NCBI GenBank assembly: GCA_958346135.1
Contig: CATVQN010000001.1
Location: 1 to 36,254 of the forward strand
Length of the DNA stretch: 36,254 nucleotides
From: an uncultured Eubacteriales bacterium
GTDB lineage: Bacteria; Bacillota; Clostridia; Monoglobales; Monoglobaceae
Reading direction: 5' to 3'
The translations under genes were made by a program, and so were the position numbers. The notes below the pieces were generated by a model. That model had not been told where the DNA came from. It ran no database searches and saw only the letters and a program-made list of their open reading frames with translations. Positions 1 through 8,207 of the stretch are shown in pieces. How positions within the stretch are numbered: position 1 is the first letter of the stretch; the number at the start of each line of letters is the position of its first letter.

Positions 1-39
1 CCTAATTGCAGGATTTACAATCCAATCCGAAACGAAATT

Positions 40-73
40 AGGAGCGGAAAGGCAAGAATCCCTTTCCGCTCCT
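40..73 (-). terminator. Intrinsic terminator-like hairpin after csoR
   Basis: Perfect 13-bp inverted repeat AGGAGCGGAAAGG (40-52) / CCTTTCCGCTCCT (61-73) just past the csoR stop. Confidence 0.75.
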
Positions 74-77
74 GGTA

Positions 78-341
78 TTACCGTGCCATTTTTTCAAGTA
101 GTTTCAGGGCTTCCTCCAGCTTCGGATTTTCTGCATCGGTTTGCAAAGCCTCCCGGACACAGTTTCGGATATGTGCCTGTAGAATCTGTTGATTTACGCT
201 CTTTAACAAAGCCTGCACGGACTGAAGCTGCGTGGATATATCTACACAATAGCGATCTTCCTCAATCATTTGCAGGATACCGTCTATTTGTCCTCTGGCA
301 ATCTTCAATTTGTGGGTAATATCATCTTTTTTTGCTTTCAT
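78..341 (-). CDS. csoR: CsoR family copper-sensing transcriptional repressor
   Basis: 87 aa; IARGQIDGI..MIEEDRYC.D and HIRNCV give the C-H-C Cu(I) ligand fingerprint; directly downstream of copA. Confidence 0.92.
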   Translation of the reverse strand: MKAKKDDITHKLKIARGQIDGILQMIEEDRYCVDISTQLQSVQALLKSVNQQILQAHIRNCVREALQTDAENPKLEEALKLLEKMAR

Positions 342-352
342 AGGCCGCCCGT

Positions 353-2926
353 TTACTGGATACCCACAACCTGATAGCCCGCATCCTCAATCGCCGCTTT
401 CAATAATTCATCCGGCACATCCTGATTAAGCTGCACCTGTGCCGATTTGTTTTCAAGGCTGACAGAAACCTCCCTGATGCCCTGGATTTCACGCAGCGCC
501 TTGTCAACGTGCTTTACGCAGTTCATGCAGACCATCCCCTCAATATTCAATACTTTTTCCATTTCAATCGCTCCTTTGCTTATTTTTTTAGCTGGTGTTT
601 CTGCATACGATTGGGCCGTGTCTGGCTCCGTATGGGATAAATGCTTTGCCTTGAACCATCTCAGCCGCAGGGCGTTCGATACCACAAATACAGAGCTGAA
701 GCTCATGGCAAACGCACCGATCATTGGATTCAATTTCAGGTCAAAAGGCAGGTAGAAAAGCCCTGCTGCCACCGGAATCCCGATAATGTTATAGATAAAT
801 GCCCAGAACAGATTCTGCTTGATGTTGCGGATCACCGCCTTACTAAGCTGAATTGCCGTCGATACATCCAGCAAGTCACTTTTCATTAAGACAATATCTG
901 CGGATTCAATCGCCACATCGGTTCCCGCTCCGATGGCGATACCGACATCTGCTCTGGCAAGTGCCGGTGCATCATTGATGCCGTCGCCAACCATCGCAAC
1001 CTTTTTCCCCTCGTTCTGTAATCGCCGGATCTCCTTTTCCTTGTCCTGGGGAAACACCTCGGCAACCACACGGTTCACACCGACTTGACGCCGGATTGCT
1101 TCAGCAGTCTTGGCATTATCCCCGGTCAGCATGACGACTTCAATCCCCATGCGGGCCAGTTCCTGCACCGCCTGTCTGCTGGTGGGCTTCACTACATCGG
1201 CCACGGCAATGACACCAATGAGCTGCCCGCCACGGGCAAAGAACAGCGGTGTTTTGCCATCCACAGCCATTTCCTCGCCCAACTGGAGGAGTGCGCCGCC
1301 CTGGATACCATTTGCCTCTATTAACCGGCGATTGCCGGCAAGGCAGGTATCATCACCGATCCAACCGACAATACCCTGGCCGGGAATCTGCTTAAAATCG
1401 CTCACCGGCAGGAAAGAAAGCCCCTCTTTTTCAGCTTCTGTTACAATCGCATCTGCCAAAGGATGTTCGGACAGTTTTTCCAGAGAAGCCGCAATTTGCA
1501 GCAGCTCTTTTGAGCGGATACCCTCTTTGCAGAGCATATTTGTTACCACAGGTGTACCCTGGGTAATGGTTCCGGTCTTGTCCAGAACGACCGTATCAAT
1601 GTTATGGGCGGTTTCCAGGGCTTCCGCTGATTTAATCAGGATGCCATTTGTCGCACCTTTGCCGGTTCCAACCATAATAGCAGTAGGCGTTGCCAGTCCC
1701 AACGCACAGGGGCAGGAAATGACCAGAATGGAGATACCGATAGAAAGGGCAAATTCAAATCCATAGCCCAACAGCAGCCAGACTACAACGGCAATCAAGG
1801 AAATCGTGATAACTACCGGTACGAATACGCCGCTAACTTTATCAGCCAGCTTTGCAATGGGAGCTTTGGAACTGGTCGCCTCATCCACCAGGCGGACGAT
1901 CTGCGCCAGCGTAGTATCATCGCCCACTTTGGTAGCCTGCATTTTGAAATAGCCGGACTTACTTGTAGTCGCACCGATCACTTTGTCCCCAATATGCTTT
2001 TCCACCGGGATGCTCTCGCCGGTTAAGGCGGATTCATCAACAGAGGAAAATCCCTCAATTACAATGCCATCCACTGGCACGGATTCTCCGGCCTTGACAA
2101 TCAGGGTTTCACCTAACTGCACATCTTCAACAGGAACTTGAAGTTCCTGGCCGTCCCGCTCCACAGTAGCAGTCTTGGGAGCCAGGTTCATCAGTTTTGT
2201 AATCGCATCAGAAGTTTTGCCCTTTGCACGGGCTTCCAGGGTCTTGCCCAGGGTAATCAAGGTCAGGATCATACCTGCGGATTCAAAATACAAATCCATC
2301 ATAAAGCTGTGAACCGTAGCCATATCCCCGTGACCGAATCCGATGCCGATTTTATAAATGGCATAAATACCATAGACGATTGCTGCACTGGAACCTATGG
2401 CAATCAGGGAATCCATATTGGGCGAACCGTGGAACAAAGTCTTGAATCCCATGCGATAGTATTTGAAATTGATAAATACCACCGGGATCAGCAGAAGAAA
2501 CTGGGTAAATGCAAAACTCATCGCATTTTCCATGCCCAGCAGAAAACCGGGCAAGGGCCAGCCCATCATGTGACCCATAGAGATATAAAACAGCGGTATC
2601 GTAAAGAGGGCAGACAGCAAAAGCCGTTGTTTCATCTGCTTATATTCTGCCTGCGCTGTGCTGGCTTCCGGCTTTGCTGCCGGGGCAGCCGTGTGGCTTT
2701 TCGTTCGTGCCGGAGTTTTTGGGAACGCACCATATCCGGCTTTTTCAACTGCCTGGACAATTCCCGCCGTGTCCAAAACAGACTCATCATAAGAAGCAAC
2801 CATGCTATTCTTCAGCAGATTGACGGACACTTCTTTGATGCCGGGGAGCTTGCCCACGCTCTTTTCAATCCTGGCAGAGCAGGCCGAGCAAGTCATACCC
2901 GTAATGTCAAATTGCTCCTTTTGCAA
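353..2926 (-). CDS. copA: Copper-translocating P1B-1 ATPase with N- and C-terminal HMA domains
   Basis: GMTCSAC N-terminal MBD, TGES, CPCALGLATP, DKTGT, SEHP, GDGINDAP, YN..GIP and MSFSS; C-terminal GMVCMNC HMA; TTG start with RBS. Confidence 0.95.
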   Translation of the reverse strand: MQKEQFDITGMTCSACSARIEKSVGKLPGIKEVSVNLLKNSMVASYDESVLDTAGIVQAVEKAGYGAFPKTPARTKSHTAAPAAKPEASTAQAEYKQMKQRLLLSALFTIPLFYISMGHMMGWPLPGFLLGMENAMSFAFTQFLLLIPVVFINFKYYRMGFKTLFHGSPNMDSLIAIGSSAAIVYGIYAIYKIGIGFGHGDMATVHSFMMDLYFESAGMILTLITLGKTLEARAKGKTSDAITKLMNLAPKTATVERDGQELQVPVEDVQLGETLIVKAGESVPVDGIVIEGFSSVDESALTGESIPVEKHIGDKVIGATTSKSGYFKMQATKVGDDTTLAQIVRLVDEATSSKAPIAKLADKVSGVFVPVVITISLIAVVVWLLLGYGFEFALSIGISILVISCPCALGLATPTAIMVGTGKGATNGILIKSAEALETAHNIDTVVLDKTGTITQGTPVVTNMLCKEGIRSKELLQIAASLEKLSEHPLADAIVTEAEKEGLSFLPVSDFKQIPGQGIVGWIGDDTCLAGNRRLIEANGIQGGALLQLGEEMAVDGKTPLFFARGGQLIGVIAVADVVKPTSRQAVQELARMGIEVVMLTGDNAKTAEAIRRQVGVNRVVAEVFPQDKEKEIRRLQNEGKKVAMVGDGINDAPALARADVGIAIGAGTDVAIESADIVLMKSDLLDVSTAIQLSKAVIRNIKQNLFWAFIYNIIGIPVAAGLFYLPFDLKLNPMIGAFAMSFSSVFVVSNALRLRWFKAKHLSHTEPDTAQSYAETPAKKISKGAIEMEKVLNIEGMVCMNCVKHVDKALREIQGIREVSVSLENKSAQVQLNQDVPDELLKAAIEDAGYQVVGIQ

Positions 2927-2960
2927 AAATTATCCCTTCTTTCTTTTTGGGTATTGTGCG

Positions 2961-2984
2961 AGTACCCTCCCCCCGTAGGGCACT
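2961..2984. promoter_or_regulatory. Putative CsoR operator upstream of copA
   Basis: Pseudo-palindrome AGTACCCTCCCCCCGTAGGGCACT with central C/G tract, resembling the Bacillus copZA CsoR operator; about 35 bp from the copA start. Confidence 0.8.
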
Positions 2985-3160
2985 AAAAACCGTTATAGAA
3001 AGGGGCGTTTGGCATCTTTGGGGGAAAGATACCTGTCCGCCCCAGTCATAGCGTTGCACGAATGGTCATTACTTGACCGTGCATTATTATACTTGCCAGC
3101 ACCGTTTTTTGTCTGCTCCAATGGGTAGGCTTTCAAATCCATTTAGCTGTTTTCTGAAAA

Positions 3161-3194
3161 GAAAAAGGGAGCTTGCTTCAGCAGCAAACTCCCC
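3161..3194 (-). terminator. Intrinsic terminator after the two small membrane-protein ORFs
   Basis: GGGAGCTTGCT...AGCAAACTCCC stem with an A-tract on its left (U-tract on minus strand). Confidence 0.7.
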
Positions 3195-3207
3195 GTGTGG
3201 CAGAGTA

Positions 3208-3399
3208 TTATTTTTTTCGGCTCGAAAGAATCCCCGAAATACCAAAGATCAATCCAGTTACCAGAGATATTACCGCTAAAACCAGAATGATAAAAGCTGA
3301 ATCATTTCCGTTGAAGCCAAGTGCTGTTAAAGTATAGAGAAATACAAGAGTGAGCATCAAGCAAAAGATACCGAAAAGGATTTTAGTGTTATCGCTCAT
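3208..3399 (-). CDS. Small hypothetical membrane protein (63 aa, two TM helices)
   Basis: Two hydrophobic stretches, basic C-terminal tail SSRKK, GAGAGG RBS, followed by terminator. Confidence 0.7.
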   Translation of the reverse strand: MSDNTKILFGIFCLMLTLVFLYTLTALGFNGNDSAFIILVLAVISLVTGLIFGISGILSSRKK

Positions 3400-3499
3400 A
3401 TTTATCAGCCTCTCTCCTAATTAGCTCTAAGTGTGACCGGAGCTGCTGTGTACTTTGAATATAGAGTATTATTTTTCTGGCATAAAACGGTTTCCAAAA

Positions 3500-3652
3500 T
3501 CAGCGGTCTTTTCCTTTTGATAGTAAATATATAATAGCCGCTCCAATAATGCTAACCGACATTACTACCCCGATGCCTGGATTGAAAAAAGCAAACCAAG
3601 TTCCAACTATTGCGCTAACAAGTCCAATCAAAACAGCAATAACAATTCTCAT
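3500..3652 (-). CDS. Small hypothetical membrane protein (50 aa, two TM helices), below ORF-track cutoff
   Basis: Hand translation MRIVIAVLIGLVSAIVGTWFAFFNPGIGVVMSVSIIGAAIIYLLSKGKDR*; AGGTG RBS upstream of ATG. Confidence 0.65.
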   Translation of the reverse strand: MRIVIAVLIGLVSAIVGTWFAFFNPGIGVVMSVSIIGAAIIYLLSKGKDR

Positions 3653-3898
3653 GATTTCACCTAATAGCTAAAAGTTTTCTGATTGCCTCGTTCGTCAGAG
3701 GAACCGAGATTTTTATTCATAGAATACTTTCTCTCAAAAAGGCACCTTATCTGCTTGGTTAGAGTTATTATATGAAATATCGCTTTTTGTGTCCGCTCCA
3801 TAAAGGAGATTTTTTTACCCAAAAAGCAAGAGATTTTTTGAGTAAAAATCCAATCAGCAGGTTTTCCAATCCAAAGGGCAATATCAGCTCCCAAGCCA

Positions 3899-3927
3899 TT
3901 GACTAAGGGCTTTTTTGTGAATATACT
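3899..3927 (+). promoter_or_regulatory. Sigma70-type promoter for the HMA-ATPase operon
   Basis: TTGACT (3899-3904), 17 bp, TATACT (3922-3927). Confidence 0.75.
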
Positions 3928-3934
3928 GGCGGCA

Positions 3935-3964
3935 TGAACGATTAAACATCCTTTTAATTGTTCA
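3935..3964. promoter_or_regulatory. Putative ArsR/SmtB-family operator
   Basis: Inverted repeat TGAACGATTAAA-N6-TTTAATTGTTCA immediately downstream of the -10 box, in repressor position. Confidence 0.65.
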
Positions 3965-4010
3965 GCCATGTCAAACCAACCAAATCACAAAAAGAAAGGG
4001 GGCTATCTCC

Positions 4011-4229
4011 ATGAAAAAGACAATTAAGCTGATTGACCTGGATTGTGGTCACTGTGCGGACAAAATCCAGAACGCCGTAAAGAAAATCGACGGTGTTACC
4101 AGCGTATCCGTCAACTTCCTGGGCCAGAAGATGGTTCTGGAAGCGCCGGATGACAAGTTTGATGCCGTCCTGGCCGAAGCAAAGGCACTGATTAAAAAGA
4201 TCGAGCCGGATGTAACCGTCAAGGCGTAA
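4011..4229 (+). CDS. Stand-alone heavy-metal-associated (HMA) domain protein
   Basis: 72 aa, DLDCGHCA motif, ferredoxin-like HMA pattern, upstream of P1B ATPase. Confidence 0.9.
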   Translation: MKKTIKLIDLDCGHCADKIQNAVKKIDGVTSVSVNFLGQKMVLEAPDDKFDAVLAEAKALIKKIEPDVTVKA

Positions 4230-4293
4230 TAAAAGCCATCCACCGGCTGCCATCCCTGGTAGCCGGTGTTTTCATGAAAGGAGAACTTAACTT

Positions 4294-6156
4294 ATGACAC
4301 GAAAACAAAAGCATCTGCTTACACGCATCCTTGTGGCGGCGGTGCTGTTCCTTGCAGGCAGTCTGCTCCATCTCCCCGAATATGTGGAGATGGGAGTATT
4401 CCTTGTCTGCTATGCAGTAGTTGGGTGGGATATTGTTTGGAAAGCAATTACGAACATTCTGCATGGGCAGGTGTTTGATGAAAATTTCCTGATGACGATT
4501 GCCACCATCGGCGCATTGATTTTAGGCGAACATTCAGAGGGTGTCGCCGTTATGCTGTTCTATCAGGTTGGAGAATGGTTCCAATCTTATGCGGTTTCCA
4601 AATCCAGAAAATCTATTGCCAGCCTGATGGATATTCGACCGGACTATGCGAACGTCGAACAGGACGGCAAACTGGTGCAGGTTGACCCTGACGAAGTTCA
4701 GATCGGTTCTGTTATCGTAGTAAAGCCGGGTGAACGTATCCCGTTGGATGGAACCATCATCAAAGGTTCTTCCGCTCTGGATACATCCGCCCTCACAGGC
4801 GAATCCATGCCTCGTGAGGTGGAACCGGGAATGGAGGTCATCAGCGGCTGCATCAACCAGACTGGTATCTTGACTATCCAGACAACAAAAGAGTTTGGGG
4901 AATCCACCGTAGCGAAAATCCTTGACCTGGTTGAAAATGCAAGCGATAAAAAAGGAAAAACCGAGAACTTTATTACACGCTTTGCCCGTTACTACACGCC
5001 TGCGGTGGTATTTGCCGCCCTTGCGCTGGCAGTCCTGCCGCCGCTTATTACTGGGCAGGCGTTTGGCGTCTGGATTTACAGAGCCTTGACTTTCCTGGTT
5101 ATTTCCTGTCCTTGTGCGCTGGTCATTTCCATCCCGCTTAGCTTCTTTGGCGGTATCGGCGGTGCTTCCAAGATTGGTGTTCTCGTAAAGGGCAGCAACT
5201 ATCTGGAATCTCTGGCTCATGCCGAAGTTGTAGTCTTTGATAAGACTGGCACTTTGACCAAAGGATCTTTTGTGGTAAGTGAAATCCATCCCAATGGCAT
5301 GAAAGAGGAAAAACTTCTGGAGCTGGCGGCATACGCAGAGGATTATTCCAACCATCCTATTTCGCTCTCGATCAAGAAAGCCTATGGGAAGAAAATCGAC
5401 AACAGCCGTATTTCCAACGTGCAGGAAATTGCCGGTCATGGTGTGCAGGCTGTCATTGACGGCAAATCGGTTCTGGCTGGCAACGCCAAACTAATGGAAA
5501 AGGAACACATCAAGTACAAACCGTCTGTTTCCATTGGTACAGTGGTTTATCTGGCCTGTGACGGAAAATATGCCGGGTGTATTGTCATCGAAGATGAAGT
5601 CAAGGAAGATGCACCGGCAGCTATTAAGCTGCTGAAATCTTCCGGTATCCGCAAAACTGTTATGCTGACCGGTGATGCAGATGCGGTTGGGCAAAAGGTA
5701 GCCGGCCGCCTTGGTCTGGATCAGGCATATACCGAACTGCTCCCGGCTGACAAGGTTGACCGTGTGGAAGATCTGCTGAAGCAGAAAAGCGAAAAGGGCA
5801 AGCTGGTCTTTGTCGGGGATGGTATCAATGATGCCCCTGTGCTGGCAAGAGCCGATGTAGGTATTGCTATGGGAGGTTTGGGTTCCGACGCTGCTATCGA
5901 AGCTGCCGACGTCGTTCTGATGACGGATGAACCGTCCAAGATTGCCGCCGTTATGAAGATTGCCCGTAAGACCATTGGTATTGCCAATCAGAACATCGTA
6001 TTTGCCCTGGGCGTTAAATTCCTGGTACTGGTTTTAGGCGCTTTGGGGTATGCAAATATGTGGGCGGCGGTATTCGCTGACGTAGGTGTTTCTGTCATCG
6101 CTATCCTGAACGCAATCCGGGCCATGCGTGTGAAGCAGCCGAATATGACTGCGTAA
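4294..6156 (+). CDS. cadA: Cd/Zn-translocating P1B-2-type ATPase (CadA/ZntA-like, no fused N-terminal MBD)
   Basis: TGES, SCPCAL, DKTGT, SNHP, GDGINDAP, TM7 Lys (LGVK) and TM8 ADVG; AAAGGAG RBS. Confidence 0.88.
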   Translation: MTRKQKHLLTRILVAAVLFLAGSLLHLPEYVEMGVFLVCYAVVGWDIVWKAITNILHGQVFDENFLMTIATIGALILGEHSEGVAVMLFYQVGEWFQSYAVSKSRKSIASLMDIRPDYANVEQDGKLVQVDPDEVQIGSVIVVKPGERIPLDGTIIKGSSALDTSALTGESMPREVEPGMEVISGCINQTGILTIQTTKEFGESTVAKILDLVENASDKKGKTENFITRFARYYTPAVVFAALALAVLPPLITGQAFGVWIYRALTFLVISCPCALVISIPLSFFGGIGGASKIGVLVKGSNYLESLAHAEVVVFDKTGTLTKGSFVVSEIHPNGMKEEKLLELAAYAEDYSNHPISLSIKKAYGKKIDNSRISNVQEIAGHGVQAVIDGKSVLAGNAKLMEKEHIKYKPSVSIGTVVYLACDGKYAGCIVIEDEVKEDAPAAIKLLKSSGIRKTVMLTGDADAVGQKVAGRLGLDQAYTELLPADKVDRVEDLLKQKSEKGKLVFVGDGINDAPVLARADVGIAMGGLGSDAAIEAADVVLMTDEPSKIAAVMKIARKTIGIANQNIVFALGVKFLVLVLGALGYANMWAAVFADVGVSVIAILNAIRAMRVKQPNMTA

Positions 6157-6183
6157 AGAAAATACAGGTTGGAGAATAAAAGC

Positions 6184-6220
6184 AGAAATGCGCCGCTGTT
6201 TTCTTCTGCGGCGCATTTCT
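6184..6220. terminator. Bidirectional terminator between convergent ATPase and ArsR genes
   Basis: AGAAATGCGCCGC / GCGGCGCATTTCT 13-bp inverted repeat. Confidence 0.75.
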
Positions 6221-6223
6221 CTA

Positions 6224-6589
6224 TTACAAATCAGTCGGACATGATATTTCAAACAACGCATCTATGGAACGGTGCAGCAGCTTTGCCTGTGGCGTGTCGG
6301 CTAAAGAATAATAGACTTCCTTTCCGTCCCTCCGGCTGGATATAATGCCGCTTTTCTTTAGTATTCGCAGATGATGCGATACAGCCGGGGCACTCATATC
6401 AACAGCCGCCGCAATATTGCAGACACATTCGTCGCAATGGCACAAAAGCCATAATATCCGCAGGCGTGTCGGATCTCCAAGTTGCTGAAACAGAAAAGCT
6501 ATATCTGTGAAGTCCTCTGTGTGAGGCATTTTATTTAAAACCCGTTCCATATTCTGCCCGTGGTTATGAGGTAAATTATAATGCGGCAT
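6224..6589 (-). CDS. ArsR/SmtB family transcriptional regulator (His-rich N-terminus, Cys-rich alpha3)
   Basis: F..LGDPTRLRIL, CHCDECVC, S.PAVSHHLRILK, RDGKEVYYSL. Confidence 0.9.
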   Translation of the reverse strand: MPHYNLPHNHGQNMERVLNKMPHTEDFTDIAFLFQQLGDPTRLRILWLLCHCDECVCNIAAAVDMSAPAVSHHLRILKKSGIISSRRDGKEVYYSLADTPQAKLLHRSIDALFEISCPTDL

Positions 6590-6613
6590 AAGGCTCAGCT
6601 CCTTCCTGAAATA

Positions 6614-6642
6614 ATGATACCTGCATCTATTTTATCTGTCAA
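6614..6642 (-). promoter_or_regulatory. Sigma70-type promoter of the minus-strand ArsR gene
   Basis: Minus strand TTGACA (6642-6637), 17 bp, TATCAT (6619-6614). Confidence 0.7.
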
Positions 6643-6669
6643 ACAGCTTATATAGATTGGAGAAAATAC

Positions 6670-6987
6670 ATGGACAAAACAGAAAAAATTGTTTCCGCAA
6701 TTCCCAGTGCTGCCGAATTAGAGCAACTGGCTGAATTGCATAAGGCAATGGGCGACCATACCCGAATGCGAATCCTCTGGCATCTAACGCAGAAAGAATA
6801 CTGCGTCAGTGATCTTGCCAAGGAAATCGGTGTTACAGAATCCGCTTTATCCCACCAACTCCGTGCATTGCGGATTGTTCGATTAGTCCGGTCACGCAAA
6901 GAGGGAAAGAAAGTAATCTATTCCTTGCAGGATGAACATATCGGATGGGTACTGGAAGAAACCTATGCCCATATTTCAGAAAGATGA
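6670..6987 (+). CDS. ArsR/SmtB family regulator, SmtB/CzrA-like alpha5 metal site
   Basis: MGDHTRMRIL, ESALSHQLRALR, and DEH-x10-HISE matching DxH-x10-H-x2-E. Confidence 0.9.
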   Translation: MDKTEKIVSAIPSAAELEQLAELHKAMGDHTRMRILWHLTQKEYCVSDLAKEIGVTESALSHQLRALRIVRLVRSRKEGKKVIYSLQDEHIGWVLEETYAHISER

Positions 6988-6991
6988 AAAG

Positions 6992-7020
6992 GCAGCCCCT
7001 GCGTTGTGGGCAGGGGCTGC
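6992..7020. terminator. Terminator hairpin between convergent ArsR and nitroreductase genes
   Basis: GCAGCCCCTGC / GCAGGGGCTGC inverted repeat. Confidence 0.7.
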
Positions 7021-7032
7021 GCTGGACGCTCG

Positions 7033-7551
7033 TTACAGGTTTTCGTAGGAAACCAACTGGCTCATCGGGATACGCTGGGAATCGAAACGATTGGTGTCAG
7101 CGTCCTCCTCATCTGAGTAGCCGACAACCAGGATGTTGACCGGCTCCAAGTTGGCCGGGAGGTTAAATTCCTGCTTCAGCACATCAGGCTGGAAATAGCA
7201 AACCCATACCGTGCCAAGTCCCAGCTCTGTGGCCTGGAGCATCATGTGATCTGTCAAAATGGAAGCGTCGATGTCACCGCTCTGCTTCTTATCGAAAGGC
7301 CGTGTCCATGCCTTGTTGTGATCGGCGCACACGATGATTGCCAGGGGCGCACCGTAGATGCCCGCTGCCTTGCTGATTTTGGCAAGGCCCTCCTCACTCT
7401 GAACGACAAGCAGATGAACCGGCTGGAGGTTCGCCGCAGTCGGAGCCACATGAGCGGCTTCCAAAATCTGCTCCAGCTTTTCCGGCTCAACTTTCTGGTT
7501 AGTGTAACTGCGTACCGAGTGACGCTGTTTTGCGATATTGATAAAATCCAT
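7033..7551 (-). CDS. Nitroreductase family protein
   Basis: RHSVRSY, APTAANLQP, MMLQATELGLGTVWV motifs. Confidence 0.92.
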   Translation of the reverse strand: MDFINIAKQRHSVRSYTNQKVEPEKLEQILEAAHVAPTAANLQPVHLLVVQSEEGLAKISKAAGIYGAPLAIIVCADHNKAWTRPFDKKQSGDIDASILTDHMMLQATELGLGTVWVCYFQPDVLKQEFNLPANLEPVNILVVGYSDEEDADTNRFDSQRIPMSQLVSYENL

Positions 7552-7629
7552 AGTATGAAGTCCTTTCTGTAATCATGTATTGTGTCAAATCAACCGTTGA
7601 ATTTATTGTAGCACTTAGAATGAAAACCG

Positions 7630-7674
7630 CAAGAATGCACTTTTTTGATAGGCACTATCCCAAAAGATAGCAGC
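7630..7674. promoter_or_regulatory. Putative HxlR/DUF24-family operator, copy 1
   Basis: CAAGAATGCACTTTTTTGATAGGCACTATCCCAAAAGATAG between nitroreductase and divergent HxlR gene; repeated at 9291-9335. Confidence 0.7.
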
Positions 7675-7697
7675 TTGCGTGAAAGGAGTTATCTTAA

Positions 7698-8060
7698 ATG
7701 AAATGCGAAACGAACCCAAATAACTGCCCTATTGAAGTAACATTGTCCTTAATCGGCGGCAAATATAAGCCGGTGATTCTCTGGTTTCTGATAGACCATC
7801 CCCTGCACTATGCTGAATTGCAGCGACTCATACCAAAAGCAACCCCTAAAATGCTCTCTCAACAGCTCCATGATCTGGAAAACAGTGGTATCATTCATCG
7901 TGAAGTTATACCGGAAAAGCCACCAAAGACTCTGTATTCCCTCACTGCTTTTGGCAAGAGCCTTATCCCTATTTTGGACGCAATGTGCCAATGGGGAAAC
8001 AGTTATCTGGACGGGCTGGATGTTCAGGCACCATGCTGTCAAAACCATAACTCTCAATAA
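7698..8060 (+). CDS. HxlR/DUF24 (MarR-like) winged-helix redox regulator
   Basis: CPIEVTLSLIGGKYK.VIL, TPKMLSQQL..LE..G, PPK..YSLT..G; conserved N-terminal Cys. Confidence 0.92.
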   Translation: MKCETNPNNCPIEVTLSLIGGKYKPVILWFLIDHPLHYAELQRLIPKATPKMLSQQLHDLENSGIIHREVIPEKPPKTLYSLTAFGKSLIPILDAMCQWGNSYLDGLDVQAPCCQNHNSQ

Positions 8061-8207
8061 TACAAAAATTGGATAATCGCCTTTTCATGGTAACTACCCG
8101 TATGTTGTGCTTTGTTAGAATGTGTTGTATCATAAGAACCAAACTGTCATAATATGAGCCAATAAATCTGGAATTTGTAAAGGAGATATAGAAAGAAAAT
8201 TGAGAAA

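Noticed and set aside
3661..3969. 102-aa minus-strand ORF
   Set aside because: No clear RBS, overlaps the plus-strand promoter and operator, no recognisable motif; probably spurious
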